Below, one piece after another: positions 31,863 to 40,274 of a DNA stretch of 64,000 nt. The DNA is from Myxococcota bacterium. GTDB lineage: Bacteria > Myxococcota_A > UBA796 > CAJQPC01. The stretch spans positions 32,001 to 96,000 of the forward strand of contig JAZAMN010000073.1 of assembly GCA_036229005.1 (NCBI GenBank), given 5' to 3'. The position numbers were made by a program, and so were the translations under genes. The notes under the pieces were generated by a model. It had not been told where the DNA came from. It saw only the letters and a list, made by a program, of their open reading frames with translations, and did no database searches. Position 1 is the stretch's first letter. Every line of letters starts with the position of its first letter.

Positions 31863-31880
31863 TCCGGCAACAGTGCCGGG

Positions 31881-32621
31881 TCAGCGCCGCTCGATCGCCT
31901 CTACCGCGAGGCGGTCCGCCCGCTCGTTCTCGGGGATCCCGACGTGCCCGGCGACCCAGTCCAGGCTCACGCCGGGGCGCTCCTTGAGGCGGGCGCGCAG
32001 GCCCAGGATCAGCTCGGTGTTCTTCTTGGCCTTCCAGCCCTTGGCCAGCACGCCGAAGCTGTACTGGGAGTCGGTGAACAGGGCCACGGGGGCGTCCGGC
32101 GCGATGCCCGCTTCGTCCAGCAGGTCCAGCGCCAGGCCGATCGCGGAGAGTTCGCCCACGTTGTTGGTGGCGCGGCCCAGGTAGGCCTTGCGCTCCAGCA
32201 GGGTCCCATCGGCCAGCTTGACCACGGCGCCGGAGCCCGTGGGTCCCGGATTGCCCTTGCAGGCGCCGTCCGTGAAGCACAGGTGCGTGCCCTCGGGCAG
32301 GGCGGCGATGCGCTTGGCGGCGTCCTTCTTGGCGGCTGCGGCCTGGGCCTGGGTGCGCGTGCCGGCCTTGCCGAAGCCGGAGCCCTGCTTGCCCCCGCTC
32401 TTGCCCTTGGGGCGCTCCGGGGCGGCCTCCCCCTCCCCCAGCTCGACGACGGCGCCGCCGGTGGGATCGCCCAGGCCCTTGGTGCCGGCGCGGTAGACCT
32501 TGGCCGACTCCTTGGGGCTGTAGCGGATGGGGGTGCGGCCGCCCTCGGAGACGTAGGCTCCGCTGTCGGTGATGGCCGCGTAGACGGTCTTGCCCTTGAA
32601 CTTGACGGGGATCCACTTCAT
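31881..32621 (-). CDS. rnhA: Ribonuclease HI with N-terminal extra domain
   Basis: FTDGACKGNPGP, TNNVGEL, TDSQY, WVAGHVG, NERADRLA; start ATG 32621. Confidence 0.93.
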   Translation of the reverse strand: MKWIPVKFKGKTVYAAITDSGAYVSEGGRTPIRYSPKESAKVYRAGTKGLGDPTGGAVVELGEGEAAPERPKGKSGGKQGSGFGKAGTRTQAQAAAAKKDAAKRIAALPEGTHLCFTDGACKGNPGPTGSGAVVKLADGTLLERKAYLGRATNNVGELSAIGLALDLLDEAGIAPDAPVALFTDSQYSFGVLAKGWKAKKNTELILGLRARLKERPGVSLDWVAGHVGIPENERADRLAVEAIERR

Positions 32622-32640
32622 GCGGTGCCGACTAACCCCC

Positions 32641-32669
32641 TTGACCCGTCCAGGCCCCGTGCACAGACT
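32641..32669 (+). promoter_or_regulatory. Possible sigma70-type promoter
   Basis: TTGACC-17 bp-CAGACT. Confidence 0.4.
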
Positions 32670-32712
32670 GCGTCCGACCCCGGAGGCGACCCACTCGCCC
32701 GGGAGGGACACC

Positions 32713-32742
32713 ATGCAGCGCTCGGTACACACCCCCGCCTGA
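32713..32742 (+). promoter_or_regulatory. Putative 9-aa leader peptide (MQRSVHTPA)
   Basis: GGAGG 6 nt before ATG; followed by hairpin GGCCAGCC (32793-32800)/GGCTGGCC (32826-32833). Confidence 0.45.
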
Positions 32743-32850
32743 ATCCCCCTGAGCCCCATTCTGGGGTTCTCCCCGCGCCGTCGTGCGCGTCAGGCCAGCC
32801 AGAGACCGCCCCACAGTCGGGGTCGGGCTGGCCGTGCTGTGAGTGTTGTC

Positions 32851-33204
32851 ATGCCCAATGAGAGCGGGCGGCGGAAGCGCCGCCCCGATCCCTTCTTCGA
32901 GGCCTCCCGCCGCAAGCAGGCCCAGCGCAAGGACCTCCAGGTCTGCGCGCAGGTCGCCCGCTGCCTCTGGGAGTCCCTGCCCATGGCCGGCGATCCGCTG
33001 CTGCAGCGGGTCCAGGTCCTGGAGGTGGTGCCCGCCCAGGGCCTCGCCGTGCTCGAGGTCCGCATCTGGTCCCCCGAGCCCCTGGTCCAGACCCTGCAGG
33101 CCCTGCGCAAGTCCAGCTCCTGGCTGCGGGAGGAGGTCGCCCAGGCCATCCACCGCAAGCGGGTGCCGACCCTGCGCTTTGTGTGGTGGCACCCGGAGAT
33201 GTGA
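32851..33204 (+). CDS. RbfA-like ribosome-binding factor paralog
   Basis: WLREEVAQAIHRKRVPTLRF matches the RbfA C-terminal signature; N-terminus divergent. Confidence 0.75.
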   Translation: MPNESGRRKRRPDPFFEASRRKQAQRKDLQVCAQVARCLWESLPMAGDPLLQRVQVLEVVPAQGLAVLEVRIWSPEPLVQTLQALRKSSSWLREEVAQAIHRKRVPTLRFVWWHPEM

Positions 33205-33252
33205 TCCTGCCGCCTCCGGGGGGTCGACCCCTCGGCCCTCCGGAGGTCCCCC

Positions 33253-33759
33253 ATGTCCCAGCCCCCCATGCGCGTCGTCAACGCCGCCGACGCCCCTGAA
33301 GAGACCCACTTCTCCGGCGACACCGGCCACCACTACCGCGTGCTCACGCCCCACAACCGCGAAGACGGCAGCCTGGGCGTCAGCCTCAACCGCCTGCCCC
33401 CGGGCAAGGTCGCCGTCCCCTTCCACTGGCACGCCCTGGAGCACGAGGTCTTCTACATCCTGGAGGGCCGCGGGGTCTTTCGCTACGGCGACCAGCTCCG
33501 AGAGGTCGGCCCCGGCGACTGCCTGTCCTGCCCCGCCGGCACGCGCACCGCCCACCAGCTCGGGAACCCCTTCGACCAGGATCTGGTCTACCTGGGCATG
33601 GGCACCCACGAGCCGAACGAAGTCTGCGGCTACCCCGACAGCGACAAGCTGCTGGTCCGCCACGCCCAGGTCGTCGGCCGCATGGAGGCCACCCCCTACA
33701 TGGACGGCGAGCCAAAGACCCCGCGCCTGCTGGCCCTTTGGGAGAGCCTGGAGCCGTGA
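33253..33759 (+). CDS. Cupin-domain protein
   Basis: PFHWHALEHEVFYILEG, AHQLGN, YPDSDK; GGAGG RBS. Confidence 0.9.
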   Translation: MSQPPMRVVNAADAPEETHFSGDTGHHYRVLTPHNREDGSLGVSLNRLPPGKVAVPFHWHALEHEVFYILEGRGVFRYGDQLREVGPGDCLSCPAGTRTAHQLGNPFDQDLVYLGMGTHEPNEVCGYPDSDKLLVRHAQVVGRMEATPYMDGEPKTPRLLALWESLEP

Positions 33760-34655
33760 TCCTGCTGCTGGCCTGCCTGGAGACGTCCAGCCCGACCTCG
33801 CCGGTGGAGGGGGTTTCAGCGCGTGTTGAGGGGGATGCGGTTGAGGAGGTGGACGTGGCCCCCGCCAGCGCCGTCCCCACCTCTCCGACCCTGAGCCTCC
33901 AGCAGATCTCGGAGACCCTGTCCCCAAGCGAGGTCACCCTGTCGCCGCGGGAGCCCCTGCTCTGCGATGGCGCCACCCCCTTCGCGGAGAACCTGAACGT
34001 GCTCTGCATCCACAGCGAGCCCGCCGGCGCCTGGGACGTGGAGGGCCCCCACCCCGGAACCCAGGGCATCTCGCTGATCCTGGAGCGCCACTCGTGGACC
34101 AGCGCGGAGGACGGCCAGGCGGCCCGGGATGGGCTGATCACCCAGGTCGGTATGGGCGCCGGCGGGGAGCAGGGCGCGTTCAGCTGGTGCCACCTGCAGC
34201 TCACCTGGGACGCGGAGGGGGCGTGGATGCTGAGCCGGCCCTGCGCGGTCAGTCACCACGTGCGCTGGTCGACGGCGCTCCATGCGCTGCTGGTGGAGCA
34301 CGGCACGCCGACCCTGGGGGCGGTGGGCGCCCGGGGGAGCTCCGGGGGGTGGGCGAAGCTGATCGATGCCCAGGGATCTCCCCTCACCCTCAGCGCATCA
34401 CAGAGCGCGCGCAGCTTTGTACGGGTCACCGCAGTCGAGGACTGGGACGTGCTGAACCTGCGCGCTCGCCGCCCCCAGCCCGGCTGGGACCTCCCCCCCA
34501 AGGTGGGGGCGCTGGCGCCCGATGCCCAGTGTGTCCCGCTGCGCGTGCACCCTCGGGGGAGCGAATGGCGCTACGTGGAGGCCCCCGATGGGACGCTGGG
34601 CTGGGCCCACTCCAAATACCTGGAGGCCCAGCCGACCAGCGAGTGCTTGCGCTGA
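33756..34655 (+). CDS. Putative lipoprotein with C-terminal SH3b-like domain
   Basis: GTG overlapping cupin stop gives MILLLAC; DVLNLRAR...WRYVEAPDGTLGWAHSKYL. Confidence 0.65.
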   Translation: MILLLACLETSSPTSPVEGVSARVEGDAVEEVDVAPASAVPTSPTLSLQQISETLSPSEVTLSPREPLLCDGATPFAENLNVLCIHSEPAGAWDVEGPHPGTQGISLILERHSWTSAEDGQAARDGLITQVGMGAGGEQGAFSWCHLQLTWDAEGAWMLSRPCAVSHHVRWSTALHALLVEHGTPTLGAVGARGSSGGWAKLIDAQGSPLTLSASQSARSFVRVTAVEDWDVLNLRARRPQPGWDLPPKVGALAPDAQCVPLRVHPRGSEWRYVEAPDGTLGWAHSKYLEAQPTSECLR

Positions 34656-34657
34656 GC

Positions 34658-35893
34658 TCAGGCGGTGGTCTGGCGACCCTTGTCGAGCAGGGCGCCCAGG
34701 ACGCGGTCGGGGCGGGTCAGGGTGCGCAGGGTGCCGCCGATCAGGCCGACCAGGCCGGCGCCGGCGACCATCGCGGCGCGCTTGAAGCTGAACTTGTTGC
34801 TCTTGCGGTGCACGGCCACGTCGGAGATCAGCTTGTCCATCGTGGGGTCGATGGCGGCGTTGATCTGCTGCTCGGCCAGGGCGGTCTGGGTGTGGCTGCT
34901 CTTGAGCCCCTGGGCCTTGTTCGCCGTGTACTTGAGCTTGCTGGAGGGCACCTGCGCGCCGCCCAGGTGCGGGACCATGTCGCCACGCGCGTTGACCCGG
35001 GTGGACTTGGCGCCCTTGCGCTGGGGGTCCTTCTTGCCGGTGACCTTGGCGGCGGTGCCCATGTCGATGGCGGCGGCCTGGTAGGTCAGAAGGCGCAGCT
35101 TCTCGGGCGCGATGGCCGAGGCCAGCACGTAGAAGCGCTGGGCCATGGCTCCCCCCAGAGAGTGCCCGGTGATGGTGATGCGCCCGTACTGCGCGGCCTC
35201 GTTGGCCCACTCGGTCATCACCCCCTCACCGTTGGCGAAGGCCGTGCGCCCCACGCCGCTGGGGTCCAGGTCCGCCAGAAAGCCCTTGGCCTGCCCGTCC
35301 TCTTCGGTGGCCGCGCTGCCCCCGGTCCCGCGGAAGCTGACGATGGCGTTCTTGGTGGTGTCCCCGTCCGCGGGGAGCATCATGGTGGCGTTCAGCCCGG
35401 CCTCGTTGTTGTAGGTCTTGGCGACCTTGTATTCGGAGGCGTAGGCGGACTCGGTGTCCGTCTGGTCCTCGTCGTCGCCCAGGATCTCGTCGATGCCCTT
35501 CTCGTTGGTGGACGTGGTGTTGATGTCCATCCCGCTGATGCTGTCCCCGGCCTCCAGCTTGAGGTAGGCCAGCTCCTGGCTCAGGAACTGGAAGAACTCG
35601 ACCTCGCCCTGGAGCATGGGCGCATAGTGCTTGGAGAAGTGCTGCAAGAAGCGCCGCTTGACCTGGGGGTCCTTGGAGGACTTGGCCTTCGCGTAGCGGG
35701 CCTTGAGCTGGGCGTACCCAAGCTGCGGGTCGTCCACGACCTCCTTGGACACCGCGCTCAGGCCACTGTCGCTGCTCAGGGGGTCGGCCAGGTGGTCCGA
35801 GCTGGGCACCGGTGCCCCCGTGGTGGGCGACCGGGTGTCCTCGACCGAGGCGGTGGCCCGCTCTCGGGTGATGGGGGGCATGAGCTCGGGCAT
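34658..35893 (-). CDS. Class 3 lipase-like alpha/beta hydrolase without signal peptide
   Basis: IVSFRGT, ITGHSLGGAMAQ, GDMVPHL, SSH; ATG 35893 after GGAGG. Confidence 0.85.
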   Translation of the reverse strand: MPELMPPITRERATASVEDTRSPTTGAPVPSSDHLADPLSSDSGLSAVSKEVVDDPQLGYAQLKARYAKAKSSKDPQVKRRFLQHFSKHYAPMLQGEVEFFQFLSQELAYLKLEAGDSISGMDINTTSTNEKGIDEILGDDEDQTDTESAYASEYKVAKTYNNEAGLNATMMLPADGDTTKNAIVSFRGTGGSAATEEDGQAKGFLADLDPSGVGRTAFANGEGVMTEWANEAAQYGRITITGHSLGGAMAQRFYVLASAIAPEKLRLLTYQAAAIDMGTAAKVTGKKDPQRKGAKSTRVNARGDMVPHLGGAQVPSSKLKYTANKAQGLKSSHTQTALAEQQINAAIDPTMDKLISDVAVHRKSNKFSFKRAAMVAGAGLVGLIGGTLRTLTRPDRVLGALLDKGRQTTA

Positions 35894-35975
35894 GGTGGGC
35901 CTCCGGAGCTTGAGAGATACCCCGCTTCTCCTCAAGTTGCTGGAGTTTCGGCGCTCAGGGGCTCCCAGCCGGTCT

Positions 35976-36231
35976 TCGGGCCGGGCATCCTGGGTCGAAC
36001 GCCCGCTCGGGCCGGGCATGCTGGGTCGAACGCCCGCTCGGGCCGGCCATCCTGGGTCGAACGCACGCCCCAGCCGGGCATCCCGGGTCGAACGCCCGCG
36101 CAGACAGGTGCTCAGCGCCAGATCCGCCCTCGATGCCCCAGTTCCCCGGGCGTTCAACCCCAGATCCCCCAGATCCCCGGGCGTTCAACCCCAGATGCCC
36201 AAAATCCGCGGGCGTTCAACCCCGGATGCCC
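35976..36231. repeat. 31-bp-period array: four direct plus three inverted copies
   Basis: Units TCGGGCCGGGCATCCTGGGTCGAACGCCCGC at 35976, 36007, 36038, 36069; inverted core GGGCGTTCAACCCC at 36148, 36179, 36210. Confidence 0.9.
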
Positions 36232-36232
36232 C

Positions 36233-38488
36233 CTACTCCACCACGAAGCTCTCCCCCGTCGACCGCGTGAACTCGTACAGGGAGTGGTTGAAGCAGCCCG
36301 CGCCGCAGCCCTCCGCATACAACCCCTCGCGGGCGGCCTGGACCTGCGGGTCGCGCCAGAGCTCGCCCAGCGGCCGCTCGAACACGTTGCCCACTGCGAT
36401 GCCCTCGGCGCCCCACACGCAGCAGGGGAGCAGCTCGCCGGTGTAGGTCACGCCGTACTGGTCCACCAGCCCCAGGCAGCGCACGCGGGACAGCTCGCCG
36501 GCGTGGTAGCGCAGGCTCTGCTGGTCAAAGTGCCGGCGCTCGGCCATGCGCTCCTCCCGGGCGGCCAGGTGGGCGACCGCGGCCTCCCAGGCGGCGTGAT
36601 CCTCGGCCGAGCTCAGGGCCAGGTCGGGGGCGTCGTTCACCGGCCAGAAGTCAAAGCCCGCGCCCAGCTCGCAGGCCAACTCGTAGACGGGGACCAGCTC
36701 CCCGATGTTCTCGCGGTTGGCCGTGAAGTAGATGCTCAGGGCGATCTCCGGGGCCCCCTCGCGCAGCGCCCGGATGCCCTTCATGGAGCGCTTGAAGGCG
36801 CCAGCCTGTCCTCGCAGGCGGTCGTGGGTCTCGCTGAGTCCGTCCAAGCTCACGCTCAGAGAGTTGACCCCAGATGTGCGCAGCTCTTCCCACCGCTTCT
36901 CGATCAGCGTCCCGTTGGTGGTGATGTTGACGGCCATCCCGAGCGCGCGGGCCCGCTTGACCACCGTGAAAAGGTCCGGGTGGATGAAGGGCTCCCCGCC
37001 GGTGATCACCAGGGTCTTGGTGCCGATGCCCGCCGCCTGCTCCAGCAGGGTCAGCACCCGCGGAAGGGGCATGTTCTCGGGGTTGTCCCAGAGATCGCAG
37101 AAGCTGCAGCGCAGGTTGCAGCCCCGGTTGATCAGCAGGAGGAGGGTCAGAGGCTTGGAGGGCTCTCGGGGCGGCAGGTGCACCTCCACCGGATCCACGT
37201 CCCGCTCAAAACGCACGGGGGGCTGGGGGGCCCGCCCGAGGTCACGCTGGGCCCGGATCCACGCGTTGTAGTCCTGCCCGCGCCCGGCACCCTCGGCGTA
37301 GAGATCCAGACAGGCCTGCTGGATGGGGCCCCAGTCGTACCAGGCGACGAACGCGCGGGCCGCCTGGCCCATGGCGCGCCGCGCCTCGCTGTCATCGAGC
37401 AACTCCAGGACGGCCTGGGTGAAGGCGTCCGGGTCATCGTGGCGGGCGATCACGCTGTCGGGCGCCTGGATTCCCTCGGCCCCCTTGGTGAAGCTGACCG
37501 TGGGCTTGCCGGCGGCGAAGTACTCCAGGATCTTCATGCGGGTCCCGCCCCCGCTGGGCACCGGGCAGAGGCACACGTCCGCGCTCTGGATCCAGCCGGC
37601 GAGGTCCTCGACGGGCCCCAGAAAGCGGATGTTGGGGTGCGCGTAGTAGGTGGGCGGGGACATGCCCGCGATGCAGACCACCACGTCGGGGCGCACGCGG
37701 AGCAGGCGGGGCAGGAGCTGCTCGGCGATGAAGCGCACGGCCTGGGTGTTGGGCCAGTAGTGCAGGGTGCCGTGGAAGAAGAGCAGCGGTGTGTCGGTGT
37801 CCAGGCCCTGGGCGTAGCGCTTGTAGGGGCGCGGGGGGCCTTGGAAGCTGAGGGTGTCGACGCCGTGGGGGAGCACGGTGATCTTGTCGCCGGGGACGCC
37901 GCCGGTGACCATGCGCTGCTTGTCGTCGACGGAGACGGCGATGACGTGGTCGACGCGCTGCAGAGCCCAGAGCTCCAGGGCGCGGACGTGGCGGAGCTCG
38001 TCGTCGCTCAGGCCCAGGACGTCCTGGAGGCGGTCGTACTCCACGTTGTGTTGGACGATGGAGGACTGGCCTCCCAGCAGCTTGGCGGCCAGGATGCAGG
38101 GCAGCGCGTAGCCGGGGAACTCGGCCTGGTAGACCTGGATCTGCTCGCGGCGGCCGACGTAGAGCACGCGCGCCCACCACTGGGGGTCGAACTGGGGCTG
38201 GTAGAGGAAGGTCTCCTCGGCCGGGTAGCCGACGAGATCGCAGAGGCGCTGGGCCTGCCGCACGCCCAGGTTCATGCCGGGCCACTCCTGGGCGGCGCGG
38301 AAGCGGGGGCTGTAGGGGACGCGCTCGCGGCGCCCGGCTTCAAAGCGCCAGTAGGCGTCGCGGTCCTCGGTCACGATGCAGACCGTGGCCCCCAGCAGGG
38401 AGAGGGCCTGGGCGGTGCGGACGATCTTCACCGCCGCGCCGTGGTGCGTGGGGAAGAGGTCCCCGCGGGTGACGAGGGCGATGCGCAT
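36233..38488 (-). CDS. GT4 glycosyltransferase fused to radical SAM/SPASM-like domain
   Basis: GT-B: PHGVD, GGTRMKILEYFAAGKP; rSAM: CNLRCSFC, ITGGEP, ITTNGT, VSLDG; C-terminal C...GELLPCC...CGAGC. Confidence 0.9.
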   Translation of the reverse strand: MRIALVTRGDLFPTHHGAAVKIVRTAQALSLLGATVCIVTEDRDAYWRFEAGRRERVPYSPRFRAAQEWPGMNLGVRQAQRLCDLVGYPAEETFLYQPQFDPQWWARVLYVGRREQIQVYQAEFPGYALPCILAAKLLGGQSSIVQHNVEYDRLQDVLGLSDDELRHVRALELWALQRVDHVIAVSVDDKQRMVTGGVPGDKITVLPHGVDTLSFQGPPRPYKRYAQGLDTDTPLLFFHGTLHYWPNTQAVRFIAEQLLPRLLRVRPDVVVCIAGMSPPTYYAHPNIRFLGPVEDLAGWIQSADVCLCPVPSGGGTRMKILEYFAAGKPTVSFTKGAEGIQAPDSVIARHDDPDAFTQAVLELLDDSEARRAMGQAARAFVAWYDWGPIQQACLDLYAEGAGRGQDYNAWIRAQRDLGRAPQPPVRFERDVDPVEVHLPPREPSKPLTLLLLINRGCNLRCSFCDLWDNPENMPLPRVLTLLEQAAGIGTKTLVITGGEPFIHPDLFTVVKRARALGMAVNITTNGTLIEKRWEELRTSGVNSLSVSLDGLSETHDRLRGQAGAFKRSMKGIRALREGAPEIALSIYFTANRENIGELVPVYELACELGAGFDFWPVNDAPDLALSSAEDHAAWEAAVAHLAAREERMAERRHFDQQSLRYHAGELSRVRCLGLVDQYGVTYTGELLPCCVWGAEGIAVGNVFERPLGELWRDPQVQAAREGLYAEGCGAGCFNHSLYEFTRSTGESFVVE

Positions 38489-38512
38489 CAGGGGGCCATT
38501 CTATCGGGGGCG

Positions 38513-39697
38513 CTACTGGGCGGCGTGGGTCTGGATGACCTCTTGGGCGGTCTCGTAGCTGCCGTAGCCGATGTTCCCGTAGAGCAGCTCCATGTCGGGC
38601 CCCAGGATCACCCAGGCGGGGAAGCCGATGTCCTCCTGGCTGTACTCCTCCAGGAAGTCGTGCAGGGTGTTGTAGGCGAAGCCCCGGTCCAGAAAGAGCG
38701 GGCCGTGCACGCCAAAGCGCTCGGTCCACTGGTCCACGATCTCCTGGGAGGGCGGCACCAAGGGGTCGCTCAGGCCGTTGCCCATGAAGGTCGCCATGTC
38801 GACCTGGATGCCCTGCGCGGCGAGCTCCGACTGGAAGGCCGGGAAGTCCTCGGCCATGGTCTGACAGGGGCCGCAGTTGTACTGGCTGATGTCCAGGATC
38901 AGGTAGCGGTCGGCGAAGTCGTGCAGGTACACGCGCTCCCCGCACAGGTCCTGCTCGAAGGCGTTGGGGAAGGTGTCGCCCACCTGCAGGTCCCAGTCGC
39001 CCTCCAGGGTCCCGGGATCCGCCTGGGGCCAGCCGCCAGCGTAGGGGGTCTGCCGCTCCGGAAAGGGCTCGGGCAGCAGCGTGTCGGTCTGGGTGACGGT
39101 GGCGCTGCCGGTCGCGGAGAGGAGGGCTGTGCCGCCCGCCGACAGGGTGATCTCCGCCTCCCAGGAGTAGGTGGCCCCGCTGTCGTCGCCCGTGGAGATC
39201 ACGCCCGTCGGCGAGGCCATCCGCAGGTTCTCCCGCGACACCCGCCACACCTGGCCGTCCGCCCCCAGGCCCCACCACTCGGGGCGGCTGGGCTCGCCCT
39301 CAGAGATCTGCGCGAAGCAGTCCGCCCCCTCGGTCATGGTGGCGTCGCCGCCCGTGATGACCTCGCAGTCGGGGCAGAGGTAGGGCTGGTCGAGGATCTC
39401 CACCCCGGTGTAGGAGCGGTGGTAGCTGCAGTCTGTGAGCCCCGCGGCCTCCGCCTCCTCGTCAAAGGACAGGGTCCAGGTGGTCTCCGAGCTGAGCTGG
39501 CGCGCCGGGATGGTGGCGGGGGTCTCGGGCTCCTGGGAGACCCCGCAGGTGAACCCGGGGTCGCCGCTGTCGTGGGGTCCGGTGTCGGTGTCGCCCGGGC
39601 GGTCGCTGTCCTGGGTGTCGCCGGCGGGGCTGTCCACCGCGGGCTGGCTGTCGCCGCTCTGGGGGCTGCGGCAGGCCAGGGAGAGGAGAAGAAGCAT
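38513..39697 (-). CDS. Lipoprotein with C-terminal thioredoxin/TlpA-like domain
   Basis: MLLLLSLAC (ATG 39697); VGDTFPN...ILDISQYNCGPC...GFPAWVILGPD. Confidence 0.8.
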   Translation of the reverse strand: MLLLLSLACRSPQSGDSQPAVDSPAGDTQDSDRPGDTDTGPHDSGDPGFTCGVSQEPETPATIPARQLSSETTWTLSFDEEAEAAGLTDCSYHRSYTGVEILDQPYLCPDCEVITGGDATMTEGADCFAQISEGEPSRPEWWGLGADGQVWRVSRENLRMASPTGVISTGDDSGATYSWEAEITLSAGGTALLSATGSATVTQTDTLLPEPFPERQTPYAGGWPQADPGTLEGDWDLQVGDTFPNAFEQDLCGERVYLHDFADRYLILDISQYNCGPCQTMAEDFPAFQSELAAQGIQVDMATFMGNGLSDPLVPPSQEIVDQWTERFGVHGPLFLDRGFAYNTLHDFLEEYSQEDIGFPAWVILGPDMELLYGNIGYGSYETAQEVIQTHAAQ

Positions 39698-39821
39698 GGG
39701 GGCACCTCGGGGTGCAGGGTATACCGACACACATGTCGTGGTCTGCGGCGTGCCGCCTCGGGAGATCCCCTGCTGGTCGGCTGGCACGAGGTCTGCAGAG
39801 CCCTCACCACAGGAGGTCTAC

Positions 39822-40259
39822 ATGTCCCGCTACTCCACCCTGCTGCTCCCCCTGCTCCTGGTCGCCTGCGGCGATGACCCGCCCGAGGCCTTCTCCGACT
39901 GCGCCGCCAGCGAAGGCCACGACGACCTGGATCTGGCCACCTTCGAGGACGGCTCCGGCGAGTCCCTGAGCATCGACGGGGACACCCTGTCCGTGGCCGT
40001 GGGCTACGGCGGCGGCTGCGAGGAGCACGCGTTCGAGATCTGCTGGCCGGACAAGGCCTTCATGGAGTCCAACCCCGTGCAGGTGAACCTGGAGATCTGG
40101 CACGGCGGCCCCCAGGACAACTGCGAGGCCTACCTGACCGAGGTGCTGGAGTTCGACCTGGCCCCCCTCAAGGCCGGGTGGCAGGACGCCTACGGCGAGG
40201 GCGCCGGCACCATCACGATCCACGTGCTGGGCGAGTCGGTGGACTACAGCTTCGAGTAG
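39822..40259 (+). CDS. Small lipoprotein, NigD C-terminal-like domain
   Basis: AGGAGG RBS; LLVAC; YGGGCEEH...ESNPVQ...DNCEA...FDLAPL. Confidence 0.7.
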   Translation: MSRYSTLLLPLLLVACGDDPPEAFSDCAASEGHDDLDLATFEDGSGESLSIDGDTLSVAVGYGGGCEEHAFEICWPDKAFMESNPVQVNLEIWHGGPQDNCEAYLTEVLEFDLAPLKAGWQDAYGEGAGTITIHVLGESVDYSFE

Positions 40260-40274
40260 CCCACCGACCGGGTC

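Noticed and set aside
35894..36157. N-terminal extension of the lipase through the 31-bp array
   Set aside because: 31-bp period breaks frame periodicity, and a GGAGG-preceded ATG at 35893 is a better start.
34094..39877. 1927-aa plus-strand ORF
   Set aside because: Antisense shadow of three minus-strand genes with clear motifs; no domain features.
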